Counted from the first letter of the stretch, positions 44,960 through 54,995 are shown. The stretch is DNA of 64,000 bases from Clostridia bacterium (GCA_017524615.1 JAFXVJ010000012.1:5907-69906); one strand, 5' to 3'. Made by a program: numbers and translations. Notes: generated from the sequence alone by a model not told the origin.

Positions 44960-45982
44960 ATGGGCAAGTATCAGATGATCGCCCCCGCCCTCCCCAATGT
45001 TCCCTGGCAGGAAAAGCCCGCCGGCCATATCAACGGCCCCCTGTGGCGCTATACCGATAACCCCATCATTGACCGCAATCCGCTACCCGGCGTGGCCCGA
45101 ATCTTCAATTCCGCCGTCATGCCCTATGACGGGAAATTCGTGGGTGTGTTCCGTGGGGAGCAGACCAACGGCGTGCCCTATATTTATCTGGGCTGGAGCA
45201 AGGATGCCATCCATTGGGATTTCGAGCCTGAAAAGATCCCCTTTGTGGACGCGGAAGGAAAGCCCTTCATGCCCATCTACGCCTATGATCCCCGATTGGT
45301 GAAGGTGGAGGATACCTACTATGTGATCTGGTGTCAGGATTTTTACGGCGCGGCCATCGGCGTGGCCAAGACGAAGGATTTCAAAACCTTCGTTCGCATT
45401 GAAAATCCCTTCCTGCCCTTCAACCGCAACGCGGTGCTGTTCCCCCGGAAGGTGCACGGCAATTTCATGATGATGTCCCGGCCTTCCGATTCCGGCCACA
45501 CCCCCTTCGGCGACATTTTCATCAGCGAAAGCCCCGACATGGAATTCTGGGGACACCATCGCCACGTGATGAGCCGGGGCAACAACTGGTGGGAGGGCCT
45601 CAAGATCGGCGGCGGCGCAGCGCCCATCGAGACCAGCGAAGGATGGCTGCTGTTCTACCACGGCGTCACCCAGACCTGCAACGGGTATGTGTACTCCATC
45701 GGCGGCGCGATCCTGGATATCGACCAGCCCTCCGTTGTGAAGTATCGCTGCCAGAATTATCTGCTCACCCCCGAGCAGTGGTTTGAGGAGCGGGGCTTCG
45801 TGCCCAACGTCACTTTCCCCTGCGCCACGCTGCACGATCCCGAAAGCGGCAGGATCGCCGTGTTCTACGGCGCGGCGGACAGCTATGTGGGCCTGGCCTT
45901 CGGTTATCTGGACGAAATCATCGACTATATCAAGGACAACAGCAAGGTCACTTCCGACGACACCGAAATCGGCCGCCGCTGA
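44960..45982 (+). CDS. GH130 phosphorylase, beta-1,4-mannooligosaccharide / mannosyl-GlcNAc phosphorylase-like (GH130_2-like)
   Basis: 340 aa, NPIIDRNPLPGVARIFNSAVMPYDGKFVGVFRGE...GGGAAPIETSEGWLLFYHGV...YSIGGAILD, typical of the roughly 340-aa GH130 subgroup. Confidence 0.8.
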   Translation: MGKYQMIAPALPNVPWQEKPAGHINGPLWRYTDNPIIDRNPLPGVARIFNSAVMPYDGKFVGVFRGEQTNGVPYIYLGWSKDAIHWDFEPEKIPFVDAEGKPFMPIYAYDPRLVKVEDTYYVIWCQDFYGAAIGVAKTKDFKTFVRIENPFLPFNRNAVLFPRKVHGNFMMMSRPSDSGHTPFGDIFISESPDMEFWGHHRHVMSRGNNWWEGLKIGGGAAPIETSEGWLLFYHGVTQTCNGYVYSIGGAILDIDQPSVVKYRCQNYLLTPEQWFEERGFVPNVTFPCATLHDPESGRIAVFYGAADSYVGLAFGYLDEIIDYIKDNSKVTSDDTEIGRR

Positions 45983-45993
45983 GCGCCGGCATC

Positions 45994-46036
45994 AAAAAAC
46001 CGGCAGGCGCAGCGGGTACGCTGCCTGCCGGTTCAT
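45994..46036. terminator. bidirectional terminator between the convergent GH130 and epimerase genes
   Basis: AAAAAA-CCGGCAGGC-(14-nt loop)-GCCTGCCGG-TTCATT. The U-run is strong on the minus strand and weaker on the plus strand. Confidence 0.65.
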
Positions 46037-46149
46037 TCCATCCGTGAGCGGATACGCGAGAGAACATGACATCCCCGCAGATATACCGAACCGCCTCCGG
46101 GCCGATATGGGCCGGAGGCGGTTCCTGTTATGATCCGAAGAGCAGGATC

Positions 46150-47169
46150 TCAAGGCAGCGCTTTCACGGCCGCTTCCGCCTGTTCCATGATCCGAACGAC
46201 ATCATCGCTGAACCGGTCAAATGCCGGATCCTCCGTCTGCAATTCGGGATGGGTCAGGAAGTATTGCACGCATTCCCGGGCAGCCTGGTCAAACCGCTTT
46301 TTCGGCTGATAGGCAGGCACCAGGCGGTGCAGCAGCGTGTTGTCAAAAATCACGGTATTGGATTTATCGCCCAGCAAGCCGCCCTCAAAATCATAGTTTT
46401 TGTACTGCATCAGCAGCGCGGTGGGCACATAGCAGGGCTTGTATTCCGCCCCTGCGGCACGGGCCACGGCCTGCATGATCTGGTTCCAGGTGAGCAGCTC
46501 TTCCCCGGTGATCTGCACAGCCTGGCCGATGGCGTGGATATTGCCCATCAGGCCCACGAAGGCGGGCGCAAAATCGTCGCTGTGCAGCACGGCCCACAGG
46601 CTGCTGCCGTCCCCGGGCATCAGCACCTTTTTGCCGTCCATCATGCGCTTGAGCACCTGCCAGGGCCCTTTGTCCCCGTGGATGGCCAGGGGCAGGGAGC
46701 GCCAGCTAAAGGTGTGGCTGGGCCGGACGATGGTGATGGGGAAGCCGTTTTCCCGGTATTCCCGCATCAGCAGTTCCTCAATGGCGATTTTGTTGCGGGA
46801 GTATTCCCAATGGGGATTGGAGAGCGGCGTGGCTTCGGTGATCACGGGGGAGGACAGGGGCTTTTGATAGGCGGAAGCGGAGCTGATGAACATATACTGG
46901 TCGGTCTTGCCCCTGAACAGGCGAATATCACGCTCCGCCTGAGCGGGCACAAAGGCGATGAAATCGCATACCACGTCATAATGCTCCTGCGCAATGGCCT
47001 TCGCCACGGCCTGTTCGTCGTTCACATCCAGGATCAGGGATTGGGCGCCGGGCACGTCGCCGGCGCGGTTGCCGCGGTTGAGCAAGGTCAGTTCCCACCC
47101 CTGGGAAACGAGCAGGCGTGAAATAGAAGTGCTGATCACGCCGGTACCGCCGATAAACAATGCTTTCAT
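46150..47169 (-). CDS. NAD-dependent epimerase/dehydratase (extended SDR) family protein
   Basis: 339 aa. The Rossmann motif sits at the N-terminus (MKALFIGGTGVISTSI), and YSRNK gives the YxxxK catalytic dyad. Confidence 0.8.
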   Translation of the reverse strand: MKALFIGGTGVISTSISRLLVSQGWELTLLNRGNRAGDVPGAQSLILDVNDEQAVAKAIAQEHYDVVCDFIAFVPAQAERDIRLFRGKTDQYMFISSASAYQKPLSSPVITEATPLSNPHWEYSRNKIAIEELLMREYRENGFPITIVRPSHTFSWRSLPLAIHGDKGPWQVLKRMMDGKKVLMPGDGSSLWAVLHSDDFAPAFVGLMGNIHAIGQAVQITGEELLTWNQIMQAVARAAGAEYKPCYVPTALLMQYKNYDFEGGLLGDKSNTVIFDNTLLHRLVPAYQPKKRFDQAARECVQYFLTHPELQTEDPAFDRFSDDVVRIMEQAEAAVKALP

Positions 47170-47256
47170 CCGAATCTCTCCTTTTTTTGTGGTGAAGGAT
47201 ATTTGTTACCATGATACTGCCGCTCCCGGGAAAAAGCAAGCCGGAAGCGGCGGATC

Positions 47257-48504
47257 TCAGCGCGGGGCATTCATCATTTTTTCCAGGGCGGTGATCAGGG
47301 CGATCTTTCCGTGGACGTAGGTCAGGCCCCCCTGGAGATACACGGTGTACGGCGCCCGCATGGGGGCGTCGGCAGAAAGCTCGATGGACGCGCCGGAAAC
47401 AAAGGTGCCCGCCGCCATGATCACCTGATCGGTGTAGCCGGGCATATCCCAGGGCTCCGGCACGGCGCTGCCGTCGATGGGGGAGGCCGCCTGAATGCCC
47501 TGGACGAAGGCGATCAGCTTCTGCGGATCGCCCATTTCGATGGCCTGGATGATATCCGCCCGGGGGGCGTCGAAGGCGGGGGTGGTTTTCATGCCCAGCA
47601 ATTCACAGGCACGGGCGGCCAGGATGGCCGTTTTCAGGGCCTGGGTGACGGTGTGAGGGGCGAGGAACAGGCCCTGGAAAAAAGGCTGATAGCTGGCGGC
47701 GTAGCTGCCCACCTCCCGGCCAAGGCCCGGTGCGGTCAAACGCGCCTCGATCCTTTCCACGGCCCGCTGCGTTCCCGCGAGATACGCGCCCGTGGGGGCC
47801 AGGCCGCCGCCGGGGTTTTTGATGAGGGACCCTACGCACACGTCCGCGCCGAAATGGGTGGGCTCCCGATCGGTGATGAATTCGCCGTAGCAGTTATCCA
47901 CCATGACGAACACGTCCGGCCGCGCTTCGTGCACGGCGCTGATCAGCGGCTGCATCTCCTCGGGCCGCAGGGAGGCGCGCCAGGCATAGCCCCGGCTGCG
48001 CTGGATGAGCACCACCCGGGTTTCGGGCCGCAGGGCCCGCAGTACAGCGGGCACGTCGATTTTCGATTGGTTTTCGGTCATTTCCACCTGGGAATAGGCC
48101 ACGCCCATTTCCTTCAGGCTGCCCGGCGCATTGCCGGAAAGGCCGATGACGGTTTCCATGGTATCGTAAGGCGAACCCGTGGCGGACAGAAGATGATCCC
48201 CCGGCAGCAGCAGCCCAAACAGGCACAGGGAAAGCGCCGCGGTGCCGCAGGCGACGGAAGGCCGCACGATGGTGCTTTCCGCCCCGAAAAGCCGGGCGAA
48301 CACCCTTTCCAGCTTGTCCCGGCCGATATCATCGTAGCCGTAGCCGGTGGTGGGGGCAAAATGCCGGGTGGCGATATCCTCGGCCTGGAAGGCCGCCAGC
48401 ACCCGGCGGGTGTTTTTGATTTCATTTTCCTCCAGGGCGGCGAAAACAGGCGCGCAGTCCCGCTCCGCCCGGGAAATCAAAGACTGAATATCCATGCGCA
48501 TCAT
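47257..48504 (-). CDS. ynbB: YnbB-like PLP-dependent enzyme (Met_gamma_lyase / aluminium-resistance family)
   Basis: 415 aa, TGYGYDDIGRDKLERVFARLFGAE...SLIKNPGGGLAPTGAY, with the PLP Lys in SLIKN. The start overlaps the miaA stop. Confidence 0.75.
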   Translation of the reverse strand: MMRMDIQSLISRAERDCAPVFAALEENEIKNTRRVLAAFQAEDIATRHFAPTTGYGYDDIGRDKLERVFARLFGAESTIVRPSVACGTAALSLCLFGLLLPGDHLLSATGSPYDTMETVIGLSGNAPGSLKEMGVAYSQVEMTENQSKIDVPAVLRALRPETRVVLIQRSRGYAWRASLRPEEMQPLISAVHEARPDVFVMVDNCYGEFITDREPTHFGADVCVGSLIKNPGGGLAPTGAYLAGTQRAVERIEARLTAPGLGREVGSYAASYQPFFQGLFLAPHTVTQALKTAILAARACELLGMKTTPAFDAPRADIIQAIEMGDPQKLIAFVQGIQAASPIDGSAVPEPWDMPGYTDQVIMAAGTFVSGASIELSADAPMRAPYTVYLQGGLTYVHGKIALITALEKMMNAPR

Positions 48505-49424
48505 TCCTTCCGATCGTTTTCACAGATGCGGTCAGCCAGAGGCTCCAAAGGCTCTCCCGGCTGCCAGGGCAGCCATTGGATGCGCTGATCCCGGCGGAAC
48601 CAGGTCAATTGCCGCTTGGCGAAATGACGGGTGCGAAGCTTTATGAGGCTGACAGCGTCGGGCAGCTTCATTTCTCCGTTTAGCACGGGCCAAAGCTCCT
48701 TATAGCCCAGGCCCTGCATGCTCTGGGCGTCGGGGGACAAGCCGCCGTCCCGGAGCTTTTTCACTTCTTCCAGCAAGCCCTGACGCATCATTTCATCCAC
48801 CCGCCGGTCCACCCGGGCGTAGAGCGCGTCCCGGGGCAGATCGAGGGCGTACAGATGGAAATCGTAGGGGCTGTCCTCCGGCCCCGGCATTTCCTGCCGG
48901 GACAGGGGCACGCCGGTCAGGTCGTACACCTCCAGAGCGCGCACCACCCGCCGCACGTCGTTGGGGTGGAGCCTTTGCGCGGAGGCGGGATCGACCCGCT
49001 TGAGTATGTCATGCAGGGCTTCCACACCCTGCGTGTCGGCGATTTCGTGATACCTTTTCCGGATTTCCTCGTCGCCGCCCACCGCGCCGTAATCCATGGG
49101 CAGGGACAGGGATTGCAGGTACATGCCTGTGCCGCCCACCAGGAGGGGAACCTCCACCTTGTCGATGGTCTCCCGGGCCAACTGGGCGTACTGGGACACG
49201 GAAAAGCTTTCGTCCGGGTCCAGAAAGCTGTGCAGATGATGGGGCACCCTGGCTTGCTCTTCCCGGGTGGGCTTGGCCGTGCCGATATCCATGCCCCGGT
49301 AAATCTGCATGGAGTCCATGCATAAAATCTCCCCGCCCAGTTGTTCCGCCACCAATAAAGACAGGGCGGTTTTCCCGCTGGCGGTGGGGCCCACAATGCC
49401 CAGAACGCGCTTTTTCTCTTTCAT
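48501..49424 (-). CDS. miaA: tRNA dimethylallyltransferase
   Basis: Start trimmed to the ATG at 49424 (MKEKKRVLGIVGPTASGKTALS, P-loop). Also has MDSMQIYRGMDIGTAKP. Confidence 0.92.
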   Translation of the reverse strand: MKEKKRVLGIVGPTASGKTALSLLVAEQLGGEILCMDSMQIYRGMDIGTAKPTREEQARVPHHLHSFLDPDESFSVSQYAQLARETIDKVEVPLLVGGTGMYLQSLSLPMDYGAVGGDEEIRKRYHEIADTQGVEALHDILKRVDPASAQRLHPNDVRRVVRALEVYDLTGVPLSRQEMPGPEDSPYDFHLYALDLPRDALYARVDRRVDEMMRQGLLEEVKKLRDGGLSPDAQSMQGLGYKELWPVLNGEMKLPDAVSLIKLRTRHFAKRQLTWFRRDQRIQWLPWQPGEPLEPLADRICENDRKE

Positions 49425-49437
49425 ACACGCTCTCTCT

Positions 49438-51390
49438 TCATCCCTGGATGCGCCGGAACCGCTTTTCCAGTTCATTCCTCGTGAGCTGCACCATGAGGGG
49501 CCGGCCGTGGGGGCAGGTGGGGGTCACCTTCTGCTCGATCACGTCCCGGATGAGCTCCGCCACGCTTTCCATGGGCAGCCGTTCGCCGCCCTTGACCGCG
49601 TGCTTGCAGGCTATTTGGATCACCCGGCTGGTGCGGTCGGCGGGCGCGGCGGAGGGATTGTCCATGAGTTCGTCCAGGGCTTCCCGGAGGCAGCCTTCCG
49701 CCTGGGGATGGCCCAGAATGATGGGCACGCCGCGCAGCTGCACTGCTCCGTCCCCGAAGGGGGACAGATCGAAGCCCGCACGCTGAAGAATGGCTTCATT
49801 CTCTTCATAGCAGGCGTATTCGGCGGGAGAAAGCTGCACCGCCAAAGGCACCAGCAGCGCCTGACTGGCGGGGGCGGAGGCCGTTTCCCGCATAAACCGT
49901 TCGTACAGCAGCCGCTCATGGGCGGCATGCTGATCGGAGAGGATCAGCAGATCGCCGTATTCCATGAGGATGTAGGTGTTGAATACCACCCCGATCACCC
50001 GGATGGGCGTGCGGCTGAATTGCTCCTGAACCGGGGGGGCCTCCGTCTGATCCGCCTGCGGCGCGGGGGCGGGGAAAGCCTGCTGCGATGCGGCGGGCAT
50101 GACGGGCGCGGGCGGCAGCAGGGAAGCGCCGCTGTCCCGCAGGGCGGACGCGGGCCGCTGGACGGGCAGCGCCGGGGCGGGACGCGGCTTCCGGGGTGGG
50201 GGAGCCGGATCAAAGGTGGGCAGCGCGCCATCCTCCGTAAAGGCGGACAGACGGCTGGCGGGGGACGGCGGACTGAGGGGCGGCGTGCCTTCGGGCGGCG
50301 GAGCGGATTCCGTGATCTGCACCCGGGCTGGGGCGGGCTGGGGCGCTTCCCCCTGGGGCCGCACAAACAGGGGTGGAATGGGCGGCGCGGCGTTGGTGGC
50401 CGTCAGCGCTTCAAACACGATGGTTTCCAACGCTTCCCTTACGCCCCGTTCGTCCTGGAACCGCACCTCCCACTTGTTGGGGTGCACGTTCACATCGGCG
50501 CGCTCAAAGGGCATGGTCAGGTGCAGCACGCACAGGGGGAAGCGGCCGATGGTGACCCGCTGGCGGCAGGCGTTTTCCACCGCGGAGCACAGCAGCGGGC
50601 TTTTCATGGCACGTCCGTTCAGAAAAAACAGCTCGTGGCTTCGGTTGCCCCGTCCGGCGTCGCCCACGCCCACATAGCCGGATATGCCGACGCCGTTCAT
50701 GGTGCCCTCAACGGGGGTCATCAGCTTCAGGGTGTCCAGGCCGTAGACGCTCATGATGGCGCTGTCCAGCTTGCCGTCGCCGGCGGAAAAATAAATCAGC
50801 TTGCCGTCCGCCATGAAGCGGAAGGAAATGGCGGGGTGGCTGAGGATCAGCCGGGCCATCAGGTCGCTTACCGCGGCGGTTTCGGCGGCGGGCTTTTTCA
50901 GGAATTTCCGGCGCACCGGCGCGTTGTAAAACAGGTCCTTCACCGTGAAGGCCGTCCCCTCCGGGCAGGCGGCGTCCTGGATTTCCAGCATTTCGCCGCC
51001 CTCGTTGCGCACCCGCACGCCCATCTCCTGGCCCCGCGCGCGGGTCTGGCAGGTGACCTTGGCGACCGCGGCGATGGAGGCCAGGGCCTCGCCCCGGAAC
51101 CCCAGGGAGCGCACGCCGTAGAGGTCCTCGGCGGTGCGGATCTTGCTGGTGGCGTGGCGGGCGAAAGCCAGGCGGATGTCGGAGGGCGGGATGCCGCTGC
51201 CGTTGTCCGTCACCCGGAAGGAGGATACGCCCCCCTCTTTGATGTCCACGGTGATGGCGGTGGCCCCGGCGTCCATGCTGTTTTCCACTAATTCCTTGAT
51301 GGCGGCGGCGGGCCGCTCCACCACCTCGCCCGCGGCGATCTGGCCGATCACGTCGGGGGGCAATTGACGGATGGCGCGCGGTTCATTCAT
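49438..51390 (-). CDS. mutL: DNA mismatch repair endonuclease MutL
   Basis: 650 aa. GHKL ATPase N-terminus IAAGEVVERPAAAIKELVENSMDAGA, a Pro-rich linker, and a C-terminal endonuclease domain (DQHAAHERLLYE). Confidence 0.95.
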   Translation of the reverse strand: MNEPRAIRQLPPDVIGQIAAGEVVERPAAAIKELVENSMDAGATAITVDIKEGGVSSFRVTDNGSGIPPSDIRLAFARHATSKIRTAEDLYGVRSLGFRGEALASIAAVAKVTCQTRARGQEMGVRVRNEGGEMLEIQDAACPEGTAFTVKDLFYNAPVRRKFLKKPAAETAAVSDLMARLILSHPAISFRFMADGKLIYFSAGDGKLDSAIMSVYGLDTLKLMTPVEGTMNGVGISGYVGVGDAGRGNRSHELFFLNGRAMKSPLLCSAVENACRQRVTIGRFPLCVLHLTMPFERADVNVHPNKWEVRFQDERGVREALETIVFEALTATNAAPPIPPLFVRPQGEAPQPAPARVQITESAPPPEGTPPLSPPSPASRLSAFTEDGALPTFDPAPPPRKPRPAPALPVQRPASALRDSGASLLPPAPVMPAASQQAFPAPAPQADQTEAPPVQEQFSRTPIRVIGVVFNTYILMEYGDLLILSDQHAAHERLLYERFMRETASAPASQALLVPLAVQLSPAEYACYEENEAILQRAGFDLSPFGDGAVQLRGVPIILGHPQAEGCLREALDELMDNPSAAPADRTSRVIQIACKHAVKGGERLPMESVAELIRDVIEQKVTPTCPHGRPLMVQLTRNELEKRFRRIQG

Positions 51391-51440
51391 CTGTGCTCAC
51401 CTTGCTTTCATGATTGCGGATAGAATGCTGCAAGCGGGAT

Positions 51441-54038
51441 TTACAGCTTCATGGCTTTTTCCTTCAGCAGGAACAGCTTGTTCAGCGCGTCGATGGGGGT
51501 CATGGACAGCACGTCCATGGCGCGGATCTCCTCGATGAATTCCGTTTTCTGGTATTCCATCAGGTCCACCTGCTCGTTTTTCTTTTTGTGGCCCGCGCCC
51601 AGAATGTTCTGGCCGATGGTGACGTTGTTCACGTTGTTGACTTCCAGCCTGGCCTGGATCTCCTGGGCCCTGGCCACCACCGGCCGGGGCACCCCGGCCA
51701 GGTGCGCCACATAAACGCCGAAGGATTTATCAGCGCCGCCGGGAACGATCTTGCGCAGGAAGATGACCTCCTCGCCGTGCTCCTTCACCGACACACAGTA
51801 GTTTTTCACGCCCTCCAGGTGTCCTTCCAGCTCGGACAATTCATGATAATGGGTGGCGAACAGGGTTTTCGCGCCGGATTTTTTCCGGTCAGCCAGGTAT
51901 TCCACCGCCGCCCAGGCGATGGACAGGCCGTCGAAGGTGCTGGTGCCGCGGCCGATCTCGTCCAGGATCACCAGGGATCTGTCCGTGGCGTTGCGCAGGA
52001 TATAGGCCATTTCGCTCATTTCCACCATGAAGGTGGATTGGCCCGTGGCCAGGTCGTCCGACGCGCCGACGCGGGTATACACCCCGTCCACCAGGCAGAT
52101 GCTGGCGGCGCTGGCGGGCACGAAGGAGCCCATGTGGGCCATCAGGGTGATCAGCGCCACCTGGCGCATGTAGGTGCTTTTGCCGGCCATGTTGGGGCCG
52201 GTGATGATCTGCATGCGGTGGTCGCCGGTATCCAGATGGGTATCGTTGGGCACAAAGCCCTGATCCGGCAGGGCGGCCTCCACCACGGGATGGCGGCCGT
52301 CCTTGATGTCGATCACGCCATCGTTGGTGATCTGAGGCCGGGTGTAGTGATTGATCAGCGCCACCCGGGCCAGGGATAAAAGCGCGTCCAGGGTCTTATA
52401 AGCCAGGGCGGTGGACTGCAGCCGGCCCATATTGTCGCTGATCTGATCGCGGATATCCTCAAACAGCTGCATTTCCAGCTTGGCGGCTTGCTCCTGGGCG
52501 CCGGTCAGCTTGCTTTCGATTTCACGCAGCTCGTCGGTCGTGAACCGTTCGCTGTTGGCCAGGGTCTGGCGGCGCTGATACCGCAGGGGCACCAGGCCGT
52601 AATTGGATTTGGTGACCTCGATATAATAGCCGAACACCCGGTTGTACTGGATACGCAGGTTCTTGATGCCCGTTTCTTCCCGCTCCCGGGCCTCCAGATC
52701 CATCAGCCACTGCTTGCCCTCGGTGGAGGCCCGGCGCAGCTCGTCCAATTGCAGGTTATACCCCGCCCGGATGATGTTGCCGTCGGATAAAAGCAGGGGC
52801 GCGTCCGGGGAAATGCCCCGGCGCAAAAGGTCGGTCAGCTCGGGCAGGGGATCCAGCAATTCCCGCAGGAAGGCCAGGGCGTCCCCCGCGATTCCGCCCA
52901 GCAGCTTCAGCACCTCCGGAGCCCGCTCCAGCGAACGCAGCAGGCTCAGGCAGTCCCGGGCGTTCAGGGTGTGATAAGACACCTTGGACAAAAGCCGCTC
53001 CATGTCATACACCTGGCGCAATTGATCCCGCAGGTTTTCAGACAGCACATGCTGATCGTACAGCGCCGCCACGGCGGCCAGCCGGGCCTCGATCTTCTCT
53101 CTGGACAACAGCGGCTTTTCCACCCAGGAGCGCAAAAGACGCCCGCCCATGGCCGTCACCGTTTCATCCAGGACGGACAGCAGCGACCCCTTCGCCGTGC
53201 GGCCCCGGATGGTTTCCGTGAGCTCCAGGTTGCGCCGCGTAGCGGCGTCCAGGGGCATCACGTCGCCCTTTTCCTGCACCCGGATCCGGGCGATATGCCG
53301 GAGGGAATTTTTCTGGGTTTCATTCAGATAGCGCATCAGCGCGCCGGCGGCCTGGGCGGCGGCCGCCATGCTTTGATCCAGCCCCAGGGCGATGAGGGAG
53401 GACACCCGGAAGTGATTCAGCAGCGTTTCCCGGGCGTTCTGGCTCTGGTACGCGGCGGCGGTGTAGCCGCGGCACGGCAGGGCGGAGCAGGGCTGCACCG
53501 CGTCCGCGGCGTTGGTGATGATTTCCCCGGGGGCGATGGCGTCCAGCGCGCTTTTCAAGGCGGCGGGCTTGTTTTCCATCTGCTGCACGAAAAATTCGCC
53601 GGTGGATACATCGCAGGCCGCCACGCCGCAGCGCTTGCCATTGATGCAGACGGAGCACAGGAAATTGTTGCGTTTCTCCCCGATGACGGCGGAATCGGTC
53701 AGGGTGCCGGCGGTGACGATGCGGATGATGTCCCGGCTGACCAGCCCCTTGGCCAGGGCCGGGTCCTCCATCTGTTCGCCGATGGCCACCCGATAGCCCT
53801 TTTCCACCAGACGGGACACATACGTGTCTACCGCGTGATAGGGCACGCCGCACATGGGCGCCCGCTCCGCCAGCCCGCATTCCTTGCCTGTGAGGGTCAG
53901 TTCCAGCTCGCGGCTGGCAGTGAGGGCGTCGTCGAAAAACATTTCATAAAAATCGCCCACGCGGAAAAACAGCAGCGTATCCGGGTTCTGGGCCTTGAGC
54001 TGCATATACTGCTGCATCATGGGGGAGAGGGTGGCCAT
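51441..54038 (-). CDS. mutS: DNA mismatch repair protein MutS
   Basis: 865 aa. N-terminal mismatch-binding region TPMMQQY-like (SPMMQQYMQLK...FFRVGDFYEMF), Walker A GPNMAGKST, and DEIGRGTST. Confidence 0.97.
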   Translation of the reverse strand: MATLSPMMQQYMQLKAQNPDTLLFFRVGDFYEMFFDDALTASRELELTLTGKECGLAERAPMCGVPYHAVDTYVSRLVEKGYRVAIGEQMEDPALAKGLVSRDIIRIVTAGTLTDSAVIGEKRNNFLCSVCINGKRCGVAACDVSTGEFFVQQMENKPAALKSALDAIAPGEIITNAADAVQPCSALPCRGYTAAAYQSQNARETLLNHFRVSSLIALGLDQSMAAAAQAAGALMRYLNETQKNSLRHIARIRVQEKGDVMPLDAATRRNLELTETIRGRTAKGSLLSVLDETVTAMGGRLLRSWVEKPLLSREKIEARLAAVAALYDQHVLSENLRDQLRQVYDMERLLSKVSYHTLNARDCLSLLRSLERAPEVLKLLGGIAGDALAFLRELLDPLPELTDLLRRGISPDAPLLLSDGNIIRAGYNLQLDELRRASTEGKQWLMDLEAREREETGIKNLRIQYNRVFGYYIEVTKSNYGLVPLRYQRRQTLANSERFTTDELREIESKLTGAQEQAAKLEMQLFEDIRDQISDNMGRLQSTALAYKTLDALLSLARVALINHYTRPQITNDGVIDIKDGRHPVVEAALPDQGFVPNDTHLDTGDHRMQIITGPNMAGKSTYMRQVALITLMAHMGSFVPASAASICLVDGVYTRVGASDDLATGQSTFMVEMSEMAYILRNATDRSLVILDEIGRGTSTFDGLSIAWAAVEYLADRKKSGAKTLFATHYHELSELEGHLEGVKNYCVSVKEHGEEVIFLRKIVPGGADKSFGVYVAHLAGVPRPVVARAQEIQARLEVNNVNNVTIGQNILGAGHKKKNEQVDLMEYQKTEFIEEIRAMDVLSMTPIDALNKLFLLKEKAMKL

Positions 54039-54173
54039 AGGCGATGCTCCTTTGCGTGGAAATTCGGGGAGAAAGGGGAAAGAACAGGTGATGAAGATAA
54101 ACCACGGCGCATCATTGCTGGCAATCAGCCCCGGCGGCCTGAAATCAGACGCCGGGGCCGAAAAACCTGCCGG

Positions 54174-54995
54174 TCAGGGCTTGGGCAGATAGAATTCGCC
54201 GGAAATGGTGGTTGCGCCATCGTTGAAGGAGCCCTCAAAGGTAAACCAGAGGCTATCCGCATCGGAAAGGATGATTTCCATTTTGAAGAAGTCCTTTTTT
54301 CCATTGCTTTGCAAATGCCCATCGTAGACCAGAGAATCATTCAGGGTAAGGAAATAAACGGTTTTATCCGGATGGTCGCGGGTGATATCAATGACCTGGC
54401 CCGTACGCACGTCGTTGGAGAACTTGATATTAACTATGTTCGGATCCTTGGCAACCGGGAATACGTTCAGCGTATGATAACCCCTGTAATAACCGTTGAT
54501 TTCAGCGCTGGAGTAAGCGCAGAGATTGCCGTTGTAATACAGCCGTCCTTCGCCCAGCTTCAGGGGCTCCTCTTCCGTGATGGCGGCCTTTTCCATTTCC
54601 AGGCCCTTCTGCACCATCAGCATGATAAAGCCGCTGTAATTGGGCACAAGAATGGCCTTCAAATCGCCCGCAGTGATGATATAGGCGATGATGCCGTCGA
54701 TGTGGCTGGAGGTCCATTTCAGGCCCCGGTTCGTGCAGGCGTTCAGATAATCGCTGGTCAGGTCGCCCCAGTTATTCACCAGGGGGAAGGTGTATACGTC
54801 ATAGGTCAGCCCATCGTCGGGGAATACGAAGTTGGTCTGGTTCAGGGTAGCTTCCACATTGTAATTGGTTCCGGGGTTGGGCAGCGCGGGCACTTCGGGC
54901 ACAGGGGTGGTGGCAATCACGGGCAGAGAGGCCAATCCCTGCAGGGGAGCCGATAGCATGCACAGGATAAAGAGTACAGACAGCAGTTTTTTCAT
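54174..54995 (-). CDS. secreted protein of unknown function (paralogous N-terminal module shared with the next gene)
   Basis: 273 aa. Signal peptide MKKLLSVLFILCMLSAPLQGLA. No family recognised. The N-terminal ~120-aa module resembles that of 55098-55763 (NYSGFIMLMVQ versus DYQGFMLLLTP). Confidence 0.6.
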   Translation of the reverse strand: MKKLLSVLFILCMLSAPLQGLASLPVIATTPVPEVPALPNPGTNYNVEATLNQTNFVFPDDGLTYDVYTFPLVNNWGDLTSDYLNACTNRGLKWTSSHIDGIIAYIITAGDLKAILVPNYSGFIMLMVQKGLEMEKAAITEEEPLKLGEGRLYYNGNLCAYSSAEINGYYRGYHTLNVFPVAKDPNIVNIKFSNDVRTGQVIDITRDHPDKTVYFLTLNDSLVYDGHLQSNGKKDFFKMEIILSDADSLWFTFEGSFNDGATTISGEFYLPKP

